Part shown: positions 49,278 to 58,262 of the stretch, piece by piece
Layout: the number at the start of each line of letters is the position of its first letter
How positions within the stretch are numbered: the first letter of the stretch is position 1
Assembly (NCBI GenBank): GCA_028704635.1
Contig: JAQWFB010000002.1
Span: 128,693 to 192,692 of the forward strand
Source of the DNA: Candidatus Shapirobacteria bacterium
Lineage (GTDB): Bacteria > Patescibacteriota > Microgenomatia > UBA12405
DNA length: 64,000 nucleotides
Reading direction: 5' to 3'
The notes under the pieces: model-generated
Told to the model about the DNA's origin: nothing
Seen by the model: the letters and a program-made list of their open reading frames with translations, nothing else
Databases searched by the model: none
Program-made: the position numbers and the translations under genes

Positions 49278-50189
49278 TTAATTATTAGAAATAATCCTAA
49301 TTGGTTGAACTATTTGATTTTTTAAATCTATATTAACTCTATCAAAATTATAACCATCTTTCTCTGCAATTATTAGATATCTACCATTTGCTAAAGGTGT
49401 CGTTGTTTTAAACTGACCTAAAGAATTTGTTTTCAACACTCTCGAAGGATTTCCATTTTCATCTTGGACCTCAATAATTACCCCGTCAATTATTTTCCCT
49501 TCGATATTTGTTGCCATACCTACCACCACATTAGGTATTTCCGGAATATCTGGCATTGGAATAGAACCGAAAACCGCCTTTCCTGTTGCTCCTAGCTTTT
49601 CTGTTTTAAGATTCAAATTTGCCTTAGTATCTCTCCAATCTTCCATTTTTATTTCACTTTTTTCATCTGGTTTTTCATCTATTACCGGTTTCTGTTCTAC
49701 GATTACCTTCTTAACCTCAGACTTACTCTCAAGTTCTATATTAATTTTCTTCTTAATTTCTTTCTCTTTTGCTCCAATTACACTTATTTCATCTTTTATT
49801 TTATTTCCCAAAAGATTAGATTTAACCCTATTAACCATCACCATATCCTCTTCATTTTGTTTTATGTTTTTGGTTAAATCTAAATCAAGCCAATTTTTAT
49901 CAGCTTTTCTTCGGTAAATATAAATTGTTGGTGAATAAATTGCTTTCAAAAAAGAAAGAACCCATACCTCTAATGGTCTATCCTCAAAAGGTACAAAAGC
50001 CAAAGCTAATCCACCTCCAGCTAAAAACAACATTAATGGCCATTTAACTAAAATTATTAACTTAGTTGAATTAACCATTATTGCCAAAATTATTCCTACA
50101 GCCGCCTTTAAAAATTGTTTTAATGTCATGTCTCCCACGAGTTTAAATTCATAGGATGTTATTTGTTGTGGAATCGGGTGTTGTTCCAT
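49278..50189 (-). CDS. Membrane protein (two N-terminal TM helices, VirB3/PrgI-like position) with a C-terminal beta-sandwich (carboxypeptidase-regulatory-like) domain
   Basis: 303 aa. The N-terminus is hydrophobic and the C-terminus has GKIIDGVIIEVQDENGNP...GRYLIIAEKDGY. It lies immediately upstream of virB4. Confidence 0.45.
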   Translation of the reverse strand: MEQHPIPQQITSYEFKLVGDMTLKQFLKAAVGIILAIMVNSTKLIILVKWPLMLFLAGGGLALAFVPFEDRPLEVWVLSFLKAIYSPTIYIYRRKADKNWLDLDLTKNIKQNEEDMVMVNRVKSNLLGNKIKDEISVIGAKEKEIKKKINIELESKSEVKKVIVEQKPVIDEKPDEKSEIKMEDWRDTKANLNLKTEKLGATGKAVFGSIPMPDIPEIPNVVVGMATNIEGKIIDGVIIEVQDENGNPSRVLKTNSLGQFKTTTPLANGRYLIIAEKDGYNFDRVNIDLKNQIVQPIRIISNN

Positions 50190-50242
50190 TTCTTAATTCT
50201 ACCAACAAATTTCAACTTGATAAACCTGATGAACTTTAAAAC

Positions 50243-51202
50243 TTGATAAACTACCTTATGTCCAAATTAGTCATCGTCGACGGTCATGCCATTATTCATC
50301 GCGCCTATCATTCAATTCCACCTTTAACTTCCAACGGTCAACCTGTCAACGGTCTCTATGGTTTTTATTCCATGCTCCTTACCGCCATTAATAATCTTAA
50401 CCCTAAATATTTAGTTGTTTGTCTTGACTCGCCTGGTCCCAATTTTCGCAACCATGAATTTTTAGGTTATCGAGCTAAACGCAAACCCGCCGATTCTGAT
50501 TTAATTTCTCAATTACCTCTTTTAAAATCAACCCTAGAACAGGCCAATATTGCCACTTTTTCTATGGGCGGTTTTGAGGCCGATGATTTAATTGCTGCCA
50601 TTACCGCCAAAGCTCTTAAAAAAATAAATAAAAATAAAAAGAAGTTGGTTAATGAGGTTGTTATTATCACTGGTGATAAAGACTTAATGCAATTGGTTGA
50701 TAAAAAAGTTTCTCTTTTTGTCCCTATTCGCGGCCTTTCTGAAACTAAGATTTTTAAACCAGAAGATGTTCAAGAAAAACTCGGTGTTTTACCCACCCAA
50801 GTTGTTGATCTTAAAGCTTTAATGGGGGATATGTCTGACAATTACCCTGGTGTGGCTGGTATTGGCCCCAAAGTGGCCACCGATCTTCTTTCTGAATATC
50901 AAAACTTAAATAACATTTATCAAAATCTCGACCAAATTAAACCTTCTATTCGAGAAAAATTAGAAAAAGATAAAGACAACGCCTATCTTTCACAAAAATT
51001 AGCCACCTTAGTTAGCAACATTCCTCTCGATTTTAAACTCTCTTCTGCTAAATTAACCTCATCTTCTTTCCAAAAATTAATTTCCCTTTTTAAAATTTAT
51101 AATTTTAAATCTCTTATTCAACGAGTCGAAAAACAAAACCCAACTAGTATTAAAATTAATCATAAAAATGAAATCCAAACATACCAAACCTCATTATTCT
51201 AA
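50243..51202 (+). CDS. Standalone 5'-3' exonuclease (PolA N-terminal-domain / FEN-like)
   Basis: VIVDGHAIIHRAYHS, GFEADDLIAAI and a helix-hairpin-helix region. There is no polymerase domain. Confidence 0.85.
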   Translation: MINYLMSKLVIVDGHAIIHRAYHSIPPLTSNGQPVNGLYGFYSMLLTAINNLNPKYLVVCLDSPGPNFRNHEFLGYRAKRKPADSDLISQLPLLKSTLEQANIATFSMGGFEADDLIAAITAKALKKINKNKKKLVNEVVIITGDKDLMQLVDKKVSLFVPIRGLSETKIFKPEDVQEKLGVLPTQVVDLKALMGDMSDNYPGVAGIGPKVATDLLSEYQNLNNIYQNLDQIKPSIREKLEKDKDNAYLSQKLATLVSNIPLDFKLSSAKLTSSSFQKLISLFKIYNFKSLIQRVEKQNPTSIKINHKNEIQTYQTSLF

Positions 51203-52325
51203 AGAAAAAACTCCTAAAATCGCCATTATTCAAGATTACATCAAAGAATTCGGTGGGGCAGAGTCAGTCTTAGAAACCTTATCCGAAATTTTCCCCAACG
51301 CTCCTATTTACACCACGCTCTATAAACCAGAATTTCTTGGTCCTCATCAATTTCGTCTTCAAAAAAAATGGGACAATCGAGTTCATCAAAGCTTTTTTCA
51401 ATACATTCCTTTTGCCCACAAAATCATCAGTCCTCTTCGTCTTTTATCTCCACTTGCTTTTAAATCTTTCGATTTTTCTCAATTCGACATCATCATTACT
51501 TCCGCCACTGGTGCCTATTTTCCTAATTTAATTAACAAAAAAAATGCCAAATTAATTTCTTATTGCCACACTCCACCACGCTATCTTTATGGTCTTCCCA
51601 CTGCCCGTAATTTTACTAAAAATAAATTCATTTATGCTTTAATTCAGATCTTAAATCACTTTTTAAGAATCACTGATTTTAAATCTGCCCAAAATGTTGA
51701 TCAGTTTATCGCCAATTCCCAAACCACCGCCGACCGCATCAAAAAATTCTACCGCCGGGATTCCATTATCATTAATCCTCCAATTGAAATAAATCAAAAT
51801 AATCTACGATCTAACATCGACGATCGACAAAACTATTTTCTTGCTGGTGGCCGACTTGCCCGAGCCAAACGCTACGATATCGCCATTAAAGCTTGTAACC
51901 AATTAAATTTAAAATTAAAAATTTTCGGCCGTGATTTTGCCGGCTTTTCCGATGAATTAAAAGCTATGGCTAGTTCCAGTATCGAATTTTTAGGTGAAGT
52001 TACTCAAGATCAAAAAGACCAACTTTATTCTCAAGCCAAAGCTTTTATTTTCTGTTCCGACAACGAAGATTTTGGTATGGTTCCAGTTGAATCAATGGCT
52101 CATGGTTGCCCGGTTATTGCTTATAAAAGTGGTGGAACCACTGAGACTGTTATTGATGGTAAAACCGGCGTCTTTTTTGATGAATTAACATCCAAGTCTT
52201 GTGTTGCTGCCATTCAAAAATTTCAAAAATTAAAAATCAATCCTCAGGATTGTATCTCCCGTGCTTCCGATTTCTCCACCGAAAAATTCATTTCCAAAAT
52301 CAAAAAATTAGTTTTAAAAGACTAA
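51168..52325 (+). CDS. Family GT4 glycosyltransferase
   Basis: The C-terminal half has the GT1/GT4 signature EDFGMVPVESMAHGCPVIAYKSGGTTETV. The true start may be downstream of 51168, which overlaps the previous gene by 35 nt. Confidence 0.75.
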   Translation: MKSKHTKPHYSKEKTPKIAIIQDYIKEFGGAESVLETLSEIFPNAPIYTTLYKPEFLGPHQFRLQKKWDNRVHQSFFQYIPFAHKIISPLRLLSPLAFKSFDFSQFDIIITSATGAYFPNLINKKNAKLISYCHTPPRYLYGLPTARNFTKNKFIYALIQILNHFLRITDFKSAQNVDQFIANSQTTADRIKKFYRRDSIIINPPIEINQNNLRSNIDDRQNYFLAGGRLARAKRYDIAIKACNQLNLKLKIFGRDFAGFSDELKAMASSSIEFLGEVTQDQKDQLYSQAKAFIFCSDNEDFGMVPVESMAHGCPVIAYKSGGTTETVIDGKTGVFFDELTSKSCVAAIQKFQKLKINPQDCISRASDFSTEKFISKIKKLVLKD

Positions 52326-53278
52326 CGTTCTTTAAGCCATTTCTGTGTTTCTAAAGCCGCTCGACAGCCTTCACCAGCCGCAAGAATTGCTTGTCGGTGA
52401 TTTTCATTCACACAATCTCCAGCCGCAAAAATTCCTTCCACACTAGCCATAGTTACCAATTTTTCATTTTTACCTACCACTATTTGCCCCATCTCCTTTA
52501 ATTTCACCAATCCTTCTAAAAATTTTGTCGCTGGACTATAACCAACCGCCACAAACATCCCATCTAATGGCAATATTGTTTCTTTCTCAGTTTTATTGTT
52601 TAAAATCTTTACTGATTCTAATTTTTCTTCTCCATTTAATTCTTTCACTTCTGAACTCCACCAAATCTCTATTTTTTCATTATCCAATACCTTTTTCTGT
52701 TCCGCCGCACTAGCCCTAAATTCTTCTCTTCTAACAATCATAAAAACTTTTTTAGTAAATTTTGCCAAAAATACTGCATCTTCACATGCCGTATCTCCAC
52801 CACCCACCACTGCCACCGTCTTATCCCTAAAAAACATTCCATCACAAGTCGCGCAACTGCTTATTCCATGCCCAATTAATTCCTGTTCTTTTGGTAAACC
52901 CAACCATTTTACCCCTGCTCCAGTCGCCACAATCACAGTCTTGCTTTGCAAAACCTCTCCACTTTCCAATTCCACTTCAAAACTTGATGAACTTTCAACT
53001 TGATGAACTTGATGAACTAACCCTCCCTTTATCTCTACTCCCAATTTTTTTACTTGAGTTTGGGTATCCATCATCAACTTAAACCCACCAACTCCGTCTG
53101 GAAACCCTGGATAATTTTCTACCATTGGCGTAATTGTCAATTGACCTCCAGGTTGATTTCCCGCAATCACAATTGTCTTAATATCCGCTCGAGCCTGATA
53201 AATTGCTGCTGTTAAACCAGCCGGGCCTGAACCGATAATCACACAATCATATTTAATATTTTCATTCATACCCATCAT
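52322..53278 (-). CDS. trxB: Thioredoxin reductase
   Basis: FAD-binding site (DCVIIGSGPAGLTAAIY), the redox-active site (CATCDG) and an NADPH-binding site (VAVVGGGDTACEDA). Contains an in-frame tandem repeat encoding VHQVHQVESSS (52979-53020). Confidence 0.9.
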   Translation of the reverse strand: MMGMNENIKYDCVIIGSGPAGLTAAIYQARADIKTIVIAGNQPGGQLTITPMVENYPGFPDGVGGFKLMMDTQTQVKKLGVEIKGGLVHQVHQVESSSSFEVELESGEVLQSKTVIVATGAGVKWLGLPKEQELIGHGISSCATCDGMFFRDKTVAVVGGGDTACEDAVFLAKFTKKVFMIVRREEFRASAAEQKKVLDNEKIEIWWSSEVKELNGEEKLESVKILNNKTEKETILPLDGMFVAVGYSPATKFLEGLVKLKEMGQIVVGKNEKLVTMASVEGIFAAGDCVNENHRQAILAAGEGCRAALETQKWLKER

Positions 53279-53327
53279 TCTATCAAAACAACTTTACTTT
53301 TTTTGTTTTTTAATTAATACTTAAATA

Positions 53328-54248
53328 ATGTCCAAGAAAACTCGTCAAGTTATAAAATTAATTTTTGATCTCATCCAAAATAAACAGAGATTTTTTCTTT
53401 GGACTGGTATTCGTTTTATTTCCAGTTTTATACCCTTAATTACTATTTATCTTTTTTCAAAAACGATTAATTTGGTTGAAGTTAAATCAGATTTTTCTGC
53501 CATCTTTTTTTTAATACTTATTGTTTTTACTATTAGGATTATAGACAATTTCACTCGTATTAAATCTGTCGCTAAATTAGATGAATGTATTAGTGATATT
53601 AGCTTTGATATTCATAATCATTTTATCAACGACATTAAAACTGAAACCAAACTCGAACGTCATCAAAGTATTCAAATTATTCGTAATTTTACCGATGCTA
53701 CCACTTGGACTTTAAAACTTTTGCGTCAGCCGGGGATTGATAGCATTGTTTCTTTAATTGCCATTCCTGTTATTCTTCTCTTTGTTGATTTTCGAATTTT
53801 TATTTTAGAAATTGTTTTTATTACTATTTACTTTTTTATTGATCGCTACACCACTCAACATTACATTGCTTTTAAAGATCTTCAAGACACTAAAACTGAA
53901 AGTTATTACGCCAAACTTCATGAAACTAATGATGTTGATCTTGAACAAAAAACCTTCAGTCGTCATTTTTCTCGACTTTGCAATTGGTTTTTTACTGAAT
54001 GGTTTACCCTCCAAAACACGGCCGTTTTCTTTTACACTCTAATTTTTGCTTATTTAATAATGTCTGTTTCCAATGGTACTAAATTAATATCCGAATTAGT
54101 TTTAATTATGACTTATATCACTTCTACCCAAACTTATTTAAATTCTTTTTCTGAAATTAAAGATAGTCTAGCCGACATGTCCGTTTCAGTTGATCATTTG
54201 GCTAAAAACAAATCCATCACCGCCATCGATTTTGAAGATTTAGTATAA
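53328..54248 (+). CDS. Membrane protein resembling an ABC-exporter transmembrane domain with no ATPase domain (possible gene fragment)
   Basis: 306 aa with about six TM helices. It ends in ...ITAIDFEDLV, where an ABC nucleotide-binding domain would normally begin. mutM starts 8 nt later. Confidence 0.35.
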   Translation: MSKKTRQVIKLIFDLIQNKQRFFLWTGIRFISSFIPLITIYLFSKTINLVEVKSDFSAIFFLILIVFTIRIIDNFTRIKSVAKLDECISDISFDIHNHFINDIKTETKLERHQSIQIIRNFTDATTWTLKLLRQPGIDSIVSLIAIPVILLFVDFRIFILEIVFITIYFFIDRYTTQHYIAFKDLQDTKTESYYAKLHETNDVDLEQKTFSRHFSRLCNWFFTEWFTLQNTAVFFYTLIFAYLIMSVSNGTKLISELVLIMTYITSTQTYLNSFSEIKDSLADMSVSVDHLAKNKSITAIDFEDLV

Positions 54249-54255
54249 TGGCAAC

Positions 54256-55134
54256 ATGCCAGAACTTCCCGAAGTTGAGGTCGTCCGACTTTTTTTAGAC
54301 AACCATTTAATTGGTAAAACTATTTCTAATTTAGAGATTTTAAATAAAAAATCCTTCACTGGCGATCCAAAAAAAATAATTAATCAAAAAATCACCAAAA
54401 CTTCTCGTATTGGCAAACAGCTCTCAATTCATTTGAAAAATAATTTAATTCTTCTTTTTCATCTCAAAATGACCGGCCAAATTATATACAGTCCCCTTTT
54501 TTCAAGGGGGATGCCCGCAGGGCAGGGGGTTTCAACATTTGGTCATCCCACTCCCAAAGAAGATAAATCAACTTTACCCAATAAATCCACTCGTCTCGTT
54601 TTTACTTTTTCCAATGGTTCTAAATTATTTTTTAACGATCAACGCAAATTTGGCTGGGTTAAACTTTTTACCTCTAACGAACTCGATGACTCTCAAAAAA
54701 ATCTTGGTCTTGATATTTTAAGTTCCAAATTTACCTCTAAATATTTTTATCAGCAAATTCAGAATACTACTCGTCCTATTAAAGTAGTTTTACTCGATCA
54801 ATCTAAATTTGCCGGCATTGGCAATATTTATGCCAACGATGCCCTCTTTTTATCCAAAATTAATCCACAAACACCTTCAAATAAAATTAGTTTTAAAAAA
54901 GCTTTGCTTCTACACCATTTTTTAATCCAAATTATGACCGAGTCTATTAAAGCCGGTGGTTCCACTGCCAAAGATAATAAATATATTCACCCCGATGGTT
55001 CCAGTGGTCAACATCAATTTAATTTTCAAGTTTACCAACGAGCTGGCGAACCTTGTTTAGTTTGTCAAACTCCAATTAAACGAATCACTCTCGCCGGCCG
55101 CGGCACCTTCTATTGCCCCAAATGTCAAAAATAA
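54256..55134 (+). CDS. mutM: Formamidopyrimidine-DNA glycosylase (Fpg/MutM)
   Basis: Starts MPELPEVE with the catalytic Pro2. Shows the H2TH region and a C-terminal zinc finger (CLVCQTPIKRITLAGRGTFYCPKCQ). An in-frame palindromic element lies at 54491-54534. Confidence 0.9.
   Translation: MPELPEVEVVRLFLDNHLIGKTISNLEILNKKSFTGDPKKIINQKITKTSRIGKQLSIHLKNNLILLFHLKMTGQIIYSPLFSRGMPAGQGVSTFGHPTPKEDKSTLPNKSTRLVFTFSNGSKLFFNDQRKFGWVKLFTSNELDDSQKNLGLDILSSKFTSKYFYQQIQNTTRPIKVVLLDQSKFAGIGNIYANDALFLSKINPQTPSNKISFKKALLLHHFLIQIMTESIKAGGSTAKDNKYIHPDGSSGQHQFNFQVYQRAGEPCLVCQTPIKRITLAGRGTFYCPKCQK
54491..54534. repeat. Palindromic element inside mutM, in frame (encodes SPLFSRGMPAGQGVSTF)
   Basis: GTCCCCTTTTTTCAAGGGGGATG + CCCGCAGGG + CAGGGGGTTTCAAC. 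Confidence 0.85.
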
Positions 55135-55143
55135 AAAGACTAC

Positions 55144-55208
55144 CTGTCTCAGCCAAAGGCTGATTGGCCTCTGGCCAAAAAGGAGGGGTTAGGGGTGGAT
55201 TGGTTTTT
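55144..55208. repeat. Palindromic element, long variant, intergenic (between mutM and iscS)
   Basis: CCTGTCTCAGCCAAAGGCTGATTGGCCTCTGGCCAAAAAGGAGG + GGTTAGGGGTGGATTGGTTTTTT. Confidence 0.8.
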
Positions 55209-55251
55209 TAATTCTTGACAACCTTTCTATATCGGACTAAAATAGTCCAGT

Positions 55252-56781
55252 ATGAATTTATCAACCAAATCTCGTTATGGACTTCGTGCTCTGACCAATC
55301 TTCTTGATCAAGACTGTTGTTGTTCTGTCAAACAGATTTCTAAAAAAGAACATATTTCTTCCGATTATTTAGAAAAAATTTTTGCCAAATTAAAAAAAGC
55401 CGGTCTTTTAAAAGTTGAAAGGGGAGCTTGCGGTGGCTATTCTCTCAGCCGCGACCCTAAAAAAATTACTTTAGGTGAAGTCATTAATGCTCTTGAAAAA
55501 CCAGAATTTATTTGTCCTGATTTTTGTGATTGTCAAAGCAAATCAGTTTGGCAAAAAATTCAATCCGGCTTTAGTCATGTTTTAAATTCTATTACCCTTG
55601 ATCAATTAAAAACTTCTAATAATAAATCAGTTTATCTCGACTATGCTGCTTCCACTCCTGTCGACCCCGAAGTTTTAAACGCCATGCTTCCTTGTTTTGA
55701 TTTTTCTTTTTGTGGCAACACCATGTCGCTACATCAAATGGGCAGTGCCGCTTCCCAAGTTGTTGAATCGTGTCGTGTATCCTTTGCCGATATTTTAAAA
55801 GTTCAACCCCAAGAAATTATTTTTACTGGCTCAGCCACCGAAAGTAACAATACTGTTTTAAAAGGCATTGCTTTTGCTAATAAATCAAAAGGTAAACATA
55901 TTATCATTTCTTCAGTTGAACACGACTGTGTTTTAAACAGTGCCAAATGGTTAGAAACTCAAGGTTTTGAAATCAGTCAAATTTCTGTCGATAAATTTGG
56001 TCTCTTAAATTTAGACGAATTTAAAAAAACCATTCGCCCCGACACTATTTTGGTGTCCATTATTCATGGCAATAACGAAATTGGCACCATTCAAGATCTC
56101 CAAAGCATCGGCCAAATTTGTCACGATCGCGGAGTTTATTTTCACACCGATGCCTCTCAAAGTTTTACTAAAACCCCCATCGATTTATCTAAGTTAAACA
56201 TCGATCTCTTAACCGCTTCCTCTCATAAAATTTATGGTCCTAAAGGTGCTGCTCTTCTCTACATCAAAACCGGCACTAAAATTACCCCACTTCTTCATGG
56301 TGGCGGTCATGAATTTGGTTTTCGTTCTTCCACGGTTAATTTACCCGCCATCGTTGGTTTTACTAAAGCCGCCGAAATTTCTGTCAAAAATTTTGATCAA
56401 GAAAATAAAAAATTATCTGAACTTCGAGATTATTTAATCAAAAATATTTTAAAAACTATTCCCGAATCTCATCTTAATGGTCACCCTCAAAAACGTCTTT
56501 ACAATAATATTAATATTTCTTTTGCTCGAGTCGAAGGTGAATCCCTTCTTTTGGAATTAGATTTTTATGGCATCGCCGTTTCTACTGGTTCAGCCTGTTC
56601 TTCATCTTCCCTTGAGCCCAGTCATGTTCTTTTAGCCACCGGCCTTCGTCCTGAGCAAGCCCATGGCTCGCTTCGTTTTAGTCTTGGTCGTTTTACCACC
56701 AAATCAGAAGTCGATTATCTGTTAAAAGTTTTACCTCAAGTTATTAATAAATTTAGGCAAATTTCGCCATTTAAATCATAA
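55252..56781 (+). CDS. iscS: Fusion protein: N-terminal Rrf2/IscR-like regulator domain and C-terminal cysteine desulfurase (IscS/NifS)
   Basis: Residues 1-130 (MNLSTKSRYGLRALTNLL...ISSDYLEKIFAKLKKAGLLKVERGACGGYSLS...CPDFCDC) form an Rrf2 wHTH domain with a Cys cluster. From about residue 140 the desulfurase begins: VYLDYAASTPVDPEV, PLP-Lys SSHKIYGPKG and active-site STGSACSS. The ORF is continuous. Confidence 0.8.
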   Translation: MNLSTKSRYGLRALTNLLDQDCCCSVKQISKKEHISSDYLEKIFAKLKKAGLLKVERGACGGYSLSRDPKKITLGEVINALEKPEFICPDFCDCQSKSVWQKIQSGFSHVLNSITLDQLKTSNNKSVYLDYAASTPVDPEVLNAMLPCFDFSFCGNTMSLHQMGSAASQVVESCRVSFADILKVQPQEIIFTGSATESNNTVLKGIAFANKSKGKHIIISSVEHDCVLNSAKWLETQGFEISQISVDKFGLLNLDEFKKTIRPDTILVSIIHGNNEIGTIQDLQSIGQICHDRGVYFHTDASQSFTKTPIDLSKLNIDLLTASSHKIYGPKGAALLYIKTGTKITPLLHGGGHEFGFRSSTVNLPAIVGFTKAAEISVKNFDQENKKLSELRDYLIKNILKTIPESHLNGHPQKRLYNNINISFARVEGESLLLELDFYGIAVSTGSACSSSSLEPSHVLLATGLRPEQAHGSLRFSLGRFTTKSEVDYLLKVLPQVINKFRQISPFKS

Positions 56782-56783
56782 TT

Positions 56784-57236
56784 ATGTACACACAAAAAGT
56801 TCTCGAACATTTTAGAACTCCTCACAATTTTGGTTCCATGGACAATCCTACCGCTGTCGGTCAAGTCGGCAATCTTGCTTGTGGCGATGTCATGAAACTT
56901 TATTTAAAAATCGCTAAAAATAAAAAAGGCGAGGATTATATCCAAGACATTAAATTCGAGACCCTTGGTTGTGCTGCTGCTATTGCCACCAGTAGTGTCG
57001 TCACCGATTTAGCTAAAAACAAAACCTTAATCGAAGCTCTTAAAATTAAAAATGAAGATATTATTAAAGCCCTCGACGATTTGCCCGCCGTCAAAATTCA
57101 TTGTTCTTTATTAGCTGCCGACGCTCTAGCCGAAGCCATTTATGAGTTTTATCAAAAAAATCACCAACCTATTTCTCCTGAATTAGAAAAACTTCATCAA
57201 CGCATCACTGTCTGTCAAACTCGTTTAAACCATTAA
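56784..57236 (+). CDS. iscU: Fe-S cluster scaffold protein IscU/NifU-like
   Basis: Conserved Cys ligands are present (GNLACGDVMKLY, ETLGCAAAIATS, HCSLLAADAL). Confidence 0.85.
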   Translation: MYTQKVLEHFRTPHNFGSMDNPTAVGQVGNLACGDVMKLYLKIAKNKKGEDYIQDIKFETLGCAAAIATSSVVTDLAKNKTLIEALKIKNEDIIKALDDLPAVKIHCSLLAADALAEAIYEFYQKNHQPISPELEKLHQRITVCQTRLNH

Positions 57237-57254
57237 ATATTGATAAAATAAATT

Positions 57255-57713
57255 ATGTTTTTAGTTAAAGCGGCTTATGCTCAATGTCCAGTTTGTATTG
57301 TCACTGTTGGTGGGGGAATGTTTTTAGCACAAAAACTAGGTGTCGATGATTTTTTAGTTTCTCTTTGGATTTCTGGACTCAACACCGCCATTTCTTTTTG
57401 GTTAGCCCCTAAAATCAAAAATCGAATTTTAGGCAGTCCCATTATTTTCTCTCTTTTAATGTTTGGATTAACTCTCTTTTATTTTATTTCTACTGACCAA
57501 ACTGGCTCTCCTACTAATCAAATTTTTGGTTTAGATAAAATTATTTTTGGCCAAATTTTAGGTTTATTCATTATGTTTTTGGGTATTTTTATTGATCGTC
57601 ATTCTCGTAAACTAAATGGTGATAAAATTCTTTTTCCTTACCAAAAAGTTGTTTTTCCAGTTGGTACTTTAATTATTTTTACCTTATTATTCAAGTTAAT
57701 TTTTAAACTCTAA
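57255..57713 (+). CDS. Small hypothetical membrane protein
   Basis: 152 aa with four hydrophobic helices. Confidence 0.4.
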   Translation: MFLVKAAYAQCPVCIVTVGGGMFLAQKLGVDDFLVSLWISGLNTAISFWLAPKIKNRILGSPIIFSLLMFGLTLFYFISTDQTGSPTNQIFGLDKIIFGQILGLFIMFLGIFIDRHSRKLNGDKILFPYQKVVFPVGTLIIFTLLFKLIFKL

Positions 57714-58262
57714 ATGACCACTCCAAAAGAAATTGAAAAATTTATTAATAAAACTAAAGAACTCGAAAAAGGCCATCAACTCGATCTTTCTTCTGGAGAA
57801 GATTTATCCATCGCTATCATGAATCTTATCGGTATTGAAGAACATATGTTTTTCACTTCCCAAAAATTAGGCGATACTAAATATCTCGACGTTTTAAACA
57901 CTGCTCGGGAAATGAGAAAAGAATTAATGAAAAAAATCGTCAAGGAAGGGCAGGGAGAAGTTTGGTGTACCAGCAAACATCTTTTATCTGCTTCCATGCG
58001 CCTTATGGAAGTTGGCACCAAAAGCTTAACTAAAGGCGATCAAAAAGAAGCCAATGATTACTTTAAAAAATCTTTTGATTTATATAATCTTTTTTGGGGT
58101 TTAAATTTGGGTTTAATTGACTCCTCTGTAGAGACGTTGCGCGCAACGTCTCTACTTTCTAATAAAAATCTACCCCTCAAAGAAAAACCTATTCCCGAAA
58201 AAAGTCTAATGGGTACCATCAGCCAAACTATCGGTAAAATTCTCGACTGTTGTCGTGAATAA
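57714..58262 (+). CDS. Hypothetical soluble protein
   Basis: 182-aa ORF, start-stop adjacent to the previous gene. Confidence 0.4.
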   Translation: MTTPKEIEKFINKTKELEKGHQLDLSSGEDLSIAIMNLIGIEEHMFFTSQKLGDTKYLDVLNTAREMRKELMKKIVKEGQGEVWCTSKHLLSASMRLMEVGTKSLTKGDQKEANDYFKKSFDLYNLFWGLNLGLIDSSVETLRATSLLSNKNLPLKEKPIPEKSLMGTISQTIGKILDCCRE

